A stretch of DNA of 64,000 bases. Source: Bdellovibrionota bacterium. GTDB lineage: Bacteria; Bdellovibrionota_C; UBA2361; JAAYZI01. This document shows, piece after piece, positions 59,158 through 64,000 of the stretch (within the stretch, counting starts at the first letter, position 1; each line of letters opens with the position of its first letter). The stretch lies in the NCBI GenBank assembly GCA_050950765.1, contig JBMNIF010000001.1, positions 160,001 to 224,000 of the forward strand, in the 5' to 3' direction. Under the pieces are notes generated by a model that saw only the letters and a list, made by a program, of their open reading frames with translations, was not told the origin of the DNA and ran no database searches. The position numbers and the translations under genes were made by a program.

Positions 59158-60018
59158 CTAAAATGTCCACGCACTCTTATCATTTTTATCATTGCGTGCA
59201 CCTATTACACCCTCTCTAATGCGGCAAACTGTTTCCAATATCCCTCTGACCTTTGGGAGTGGTAACATACAGGCTGCATCGGAAGGAGCACGGTCGGGGT
59301 CTTGATGACATTCGATAAACAAACCATCTATTCCGACAGCAGTGGCTGCATAAGCAAGTGGCGCAATATACTCTCGGTGTCCGCCTGAAACTCCCTTTGC
59401 ACCCCCCATAACTTGCACACTGTGTGTAGCATCAAAGATAACGGGATATCCCAGAGATCTCATGATGCAAAGGTTGCGCATATCAACAACTAAATCATGA
59501 TAACCTAAACAGGTGCCACGTTCACATAATAGGATATTACTGTTACCGGTGTGCTCTATCTTAGCAGCGCTGTGTTTCATATCCGCTGCTGCCATAAATT
59601 GCGCTTTTTTGATATGAACTGGTTTGCCTGTTTCTCCAGCAGCAAGTAGTAAGTCCGTTTGTCTACATAAAAAAGCGGGGATCTGTAAAACATCAACCAC
59701 TTTTGCAACTTTTGAGGCTTGATCTGGAAGATGAACATCTGTAATGACCGGCACGCCCATCTTCTTTTTTACTTCAGAGAGGATGCGCAAACCCTCTTCT
59801 AAACCTGGACCACGTTTGCTATTCACGCTAGTACGATTAGCCTTATCAAAGGAGCCTTTAAAAACTAAAGAGATCGGAAGGTCTTTGACTATCCGTTTCA
59901 ATTCTTCCGCAATCATTAAGCTGTGTTCTATGCTCTCAAGTTGACAAGGTCCAGCGAAAAGGAGTAAGGACTGCTCTGATCCAACTTGAATATCTTTTGT
60001 AATTTCTACACTGTTCAT
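59158..60018 (-). CDS. kdsA: KDO 8-phosphate synthase
   Basis: AGPCQLES, FDKANRTS, QIPAFLCRQTDLL, FDATHSVQ. Confidence 0.98.
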   Translation of the reverse strand: MNSVEITKDIQVGSEQSLLLFAGPCQLESIEHSLMIAEELKRIVKDLPISLVFKGSFDKANRTSVNSKRGPGLEEGLRILSEVKKKMGVPVITDVHLPDQASKVAKVVDVLQIPAFLCRQTDLLLAAGETGKPVHIKKAQFMAAADMKHSAAKIEHTGNSNILLCERGTCLGYHDLVVDMRNLCIMRSLGYPVIFDATHSVQVMGGAKGVSGGHREYIAPLAYAATAVGIDGLFIECHQDPDRAPSDAACMLPLPKVRGILETVCRIREGVIGARNDKNDKSAWTF

Positions 60019-60022
60019 ATCG

Positions 60023-61714
<1,692 letters not shown>

Positions 61715-62263
61715 TTAATATTTCAAGTCCGCGTGAGTATAGCGCGGAGGTGATTTTGAAACAACGATGACAAACAATTTAGTGTCTCGTTTTGTTGACA
61801 ATAAGAGCTATTAAAAATTTATTAGAGGGTATCTTAAAGCCGTTCCGATAAATTTAAAAAACGGGCATTTTTCTTTATACTAAGTTTCTTAAATAATTGT
61901 TTTATTAGTTTTGATGGGAGGAGATACGTCTGTCTGGTTGAAAATAAAACGGGTGTATAAATTGGCAAAGTTCTTAAAAAGTCAGTTAGTTAGAGCGGAA
62001 GGGGGGGTGTTCTTGAGCTTTCTTTTTTGATTTTATATATCTTACGAAGAAGGTAAAAATAGTGCTGCTTTTGCTTTCTCTTTAAGGTCGTATTTCTGAT
62101 CTTATATATATTGTCGGCGCTGTCTGCTGGTAATGTTAAGTTAAAACATTTATGCTCTACGGAGTGTTTTTTTCAGGAGTGGTGTTTAGACTACGCTAGT
62201 GAACAAAATCAGCTGCTGATAGTTGCAGACTCTACCTCTATATTTAATTTTGGAATTGAAGAT

Positions 62264-63508
62264 ATGGATAAAAGACGAGTTGTTATTACAGGAATTGGGA
62301 TAATTTCACCGTTAGCAAATACGCGTGATGAAACATGGGCTGCCATAAAAGAGGGCAAGTCTGGAATCGGTGCGATTACGCAGTTTGATGCTTCTCAATT
62401 TAACGCTCGTATTGCAGCTGAAGTTAAAAACTTTAATCCTGAAGATTATGTTGATAGTAAAGAGGTAAAAAAATACGATCTCTTCTCTCATTATGCTATC
62501 GCCGCTGCCAAAGAGGCACGTGAAGATGCCGCTTATGCCGAGACAACTTATACCCCAGAACGGAGTGGATGTATTCTCGGTGTTGGTCTTGGTGGACTAC
62601 CTGTCCTTGAGAAATATCATCGAATCTGTATTGAGTCGGGACCACGTCGTATCTCACCGTTTTTAATCCCTGCTTTGATTTCAAACTTAGCTGCCGGTAA
62701 TGTTGCTGTTAAACATAACTTGAGAGGAACAAGTTACATCGTAACAAGTGCTTGTGCTTCTTCAACGCACGCTATCGGAGAAGCCTATCGGATGATAGCC
62801 GACAATCTGCAAGATATAGTTTTTACAGGTGGTGCAGAAAGCACGATTACTGAGATGGCAGTTGGTGGTTTCTGCTCTTGTAAAGCGCTTTCAACTCGTA
62901 ATGATGAGCCGGAAAAGGCATCGCGTCCGTTTGATCGTGACCGCGATGGCTTCGTGATAGGTGAGGGCGGTGCTATCTTAATCTTAGAAGAGTACGAAGC
63001 TGCAAAGAAAAGGGGTGCAAAGATCTATGCTGAAGTTGTGGGCTACGGATTTTCATGTGATGCCTATCACATTACGGCTCCGCATCCAGATGGCATCGGA
63101 GCCATAAACTCTATGAAGATGGCGCTGGATTGGGCGAAATTAAACCCCGAACAGGTGGGGTATATCAATGCGCACGGTACTTCAACAGGTGCTAATGATG
63201 TAATGGAGACAAAAGCTATTAAAGAAGTGTTTGGCGATTACGCTAAACACGGTTTAATGGTTAGCTCTACGAAATCTATGGTCGGACACCTCTTGGGAGC
63301 GGCTGGTGGAATTGAAGCTGCTTTTTCGGCTTTAGCTATTACAGATGGTGTGATCCCGCCGACGATTAATCTTGATCACCCTGATGATGAGTGTGATTTG
63401 GATTATGTTCCGAATGTTGCTCGTGAGGCTAAGGTGAAATATGTCATGTCCAATTCTTTTGGTTTTGGTGGCGCTAACGGCACTATTATTTTAGGTGCAG
63501 TAGAATAA
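62264..63508 (+). CDS. fabF: 3-oxoacyl-ACP synthase II; likely start MDKRRVVITG at 62264
   Basis: TSACASS, NAHGTST, KSMVGHLLGAAG, SNSFGFGG. Confidence 0.97.
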   Translation: MDKRRVVITGIGIISPLANTRDETWAAIKEGKSGIGAITQFDASQFNARIAAEVKNFNPEDYVDSKEVKKYDLFSHYAIAAAKEAREDAAYAETTYTPERSGCILGVGLGGLPVLEKYHRICIESGPRRISPFLIPALISNLAAGNVAVKHNLRGTSYIVTSACASSTHAIGEAYRMIADNLQDIVFTGGAESTITEMAVGGFCSCKALSTRNDEPEKASRPFDRDRDGFVIGEGGAILILEEYEAAKKRGAKIYAEVVGYGFSCDAYHITAPHPDGIGAINSMKMALDWAKLNPEQVGYINAHGTSTGANDVMETKAIKEVFGDYAKHGLMVSSTKSMVGHLLGAAGGIEAAFSALAITDGVIPPTINLDHPDDECDLDYVPNVAREAKVKYVMSNSFGFGGANGTIILGAVE

Positions 63509-63611
63509 AGGCGACGTTTTTGACACGCACTGAATATGTAAATCGAAAAGAGAAAAAGGGGCTTTTAAAAAGCAAAGTGCCGTTTTTCTCTGTAAAAAAA
63601 GCGGATTTTAT

Positions 63612-64000
63612 ATGGATAGTTCAAAAAAGGTAGAAGCACGAACCCTTAAGGGGTTCAGAGATCTGTTACCTGCTGAAGCTCTACTTAAAGAGCGTTTATT
63701 GCAAAAGATAAAAGCAGTTTTCTTTTCGTTCGGGTACGCTCCGATTGAAACTCCGCATATTGAATATACCGATGTCTTAATAGGGGAGACGAGTGGAGAG
63801 ATCGGGAAACAACTTTATCGTTTTGAAGATCAGGGGAAACGTGATGTCTGTTTGCGTTTTGATCTGACGGTGCCGTTTGCACGTTTTATCTCACAACATA
63901 AAGCGGATCTGGGAGTGCCGTTTAAACGTTATGCCGTTGGAAATGTTTTTCGTGGAGAGCAGCCGCAGTTCGGACGTTATCGTGAGTTTACACAGTGTGA
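63612..64000 (+). CDS. hisS: Histidyl-tRNA synthetase, 5' part (runs off window)
   Basis: Manual translation [20 protein letters not shown]...FGYAPIETP...[12 protein letters not shown]...[18 protein letters not shown]. Confidence 0.95.
   Translation, partial: MDSSKKVEARTLKGFRDLLPAEALLKERLLQKIKAVFFSFGYAPIETPHIEYTDVLIGETSGEIGKQLYRFEDQGKRDVCLRFDLTVPFARFISQHKADLGVPFKRYAVGNVFRGEQPQFGRYREFTQC

Overview
Chromosomal window from an AT-rich Gram-negative bacterium. The gene content (LPS/Kdo, Lpt, sigma54 activator, GspK) looks deltaproteobacterial/Bdellovibrionota-like, but that assignment is inference only. Housekeeping blocks: tRNA-Leu, uvrBC, accA-infA, nfo, tex, macAB-tolC-type efflux, rpsB-tsf-pyrH-frr-uppS-cdsA-dxr-rseP-tsaB, rho, proA, pyrG-kdsA-lptCAB, fabF, partial hisS. 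These alternate with accessory DNA: divergent sigma70-like paralogs, glycosyltransferases, two IS3 copies, an IS1634-type element and an IS4-superfamily transposase. The most striking signal is a non-coding repeat system. About 50 exact copies (manual count) of a 10-bp core, GGGTGGCACC/GGTGCCACCC, lie in 10 intergenic arrays built from a small set of reused spacer modules. The system is centred on a single REP-associated-type HUH (Y1) tyrosine transposase gene (24279-25247), and array orientation flips just upstream of that gene. Several foreign-looking gene blocks sit between directly repeated cores or arrays and are cut or terminated at them, which suggests a RAYT-driven repeat and cassette shuffling system. 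Also notable: an RpoD-derived protein with four tandem region-4-like domains, a membrane pseudokinase with HEAT repeats, and a catalytically degenerate cdsA paralog.
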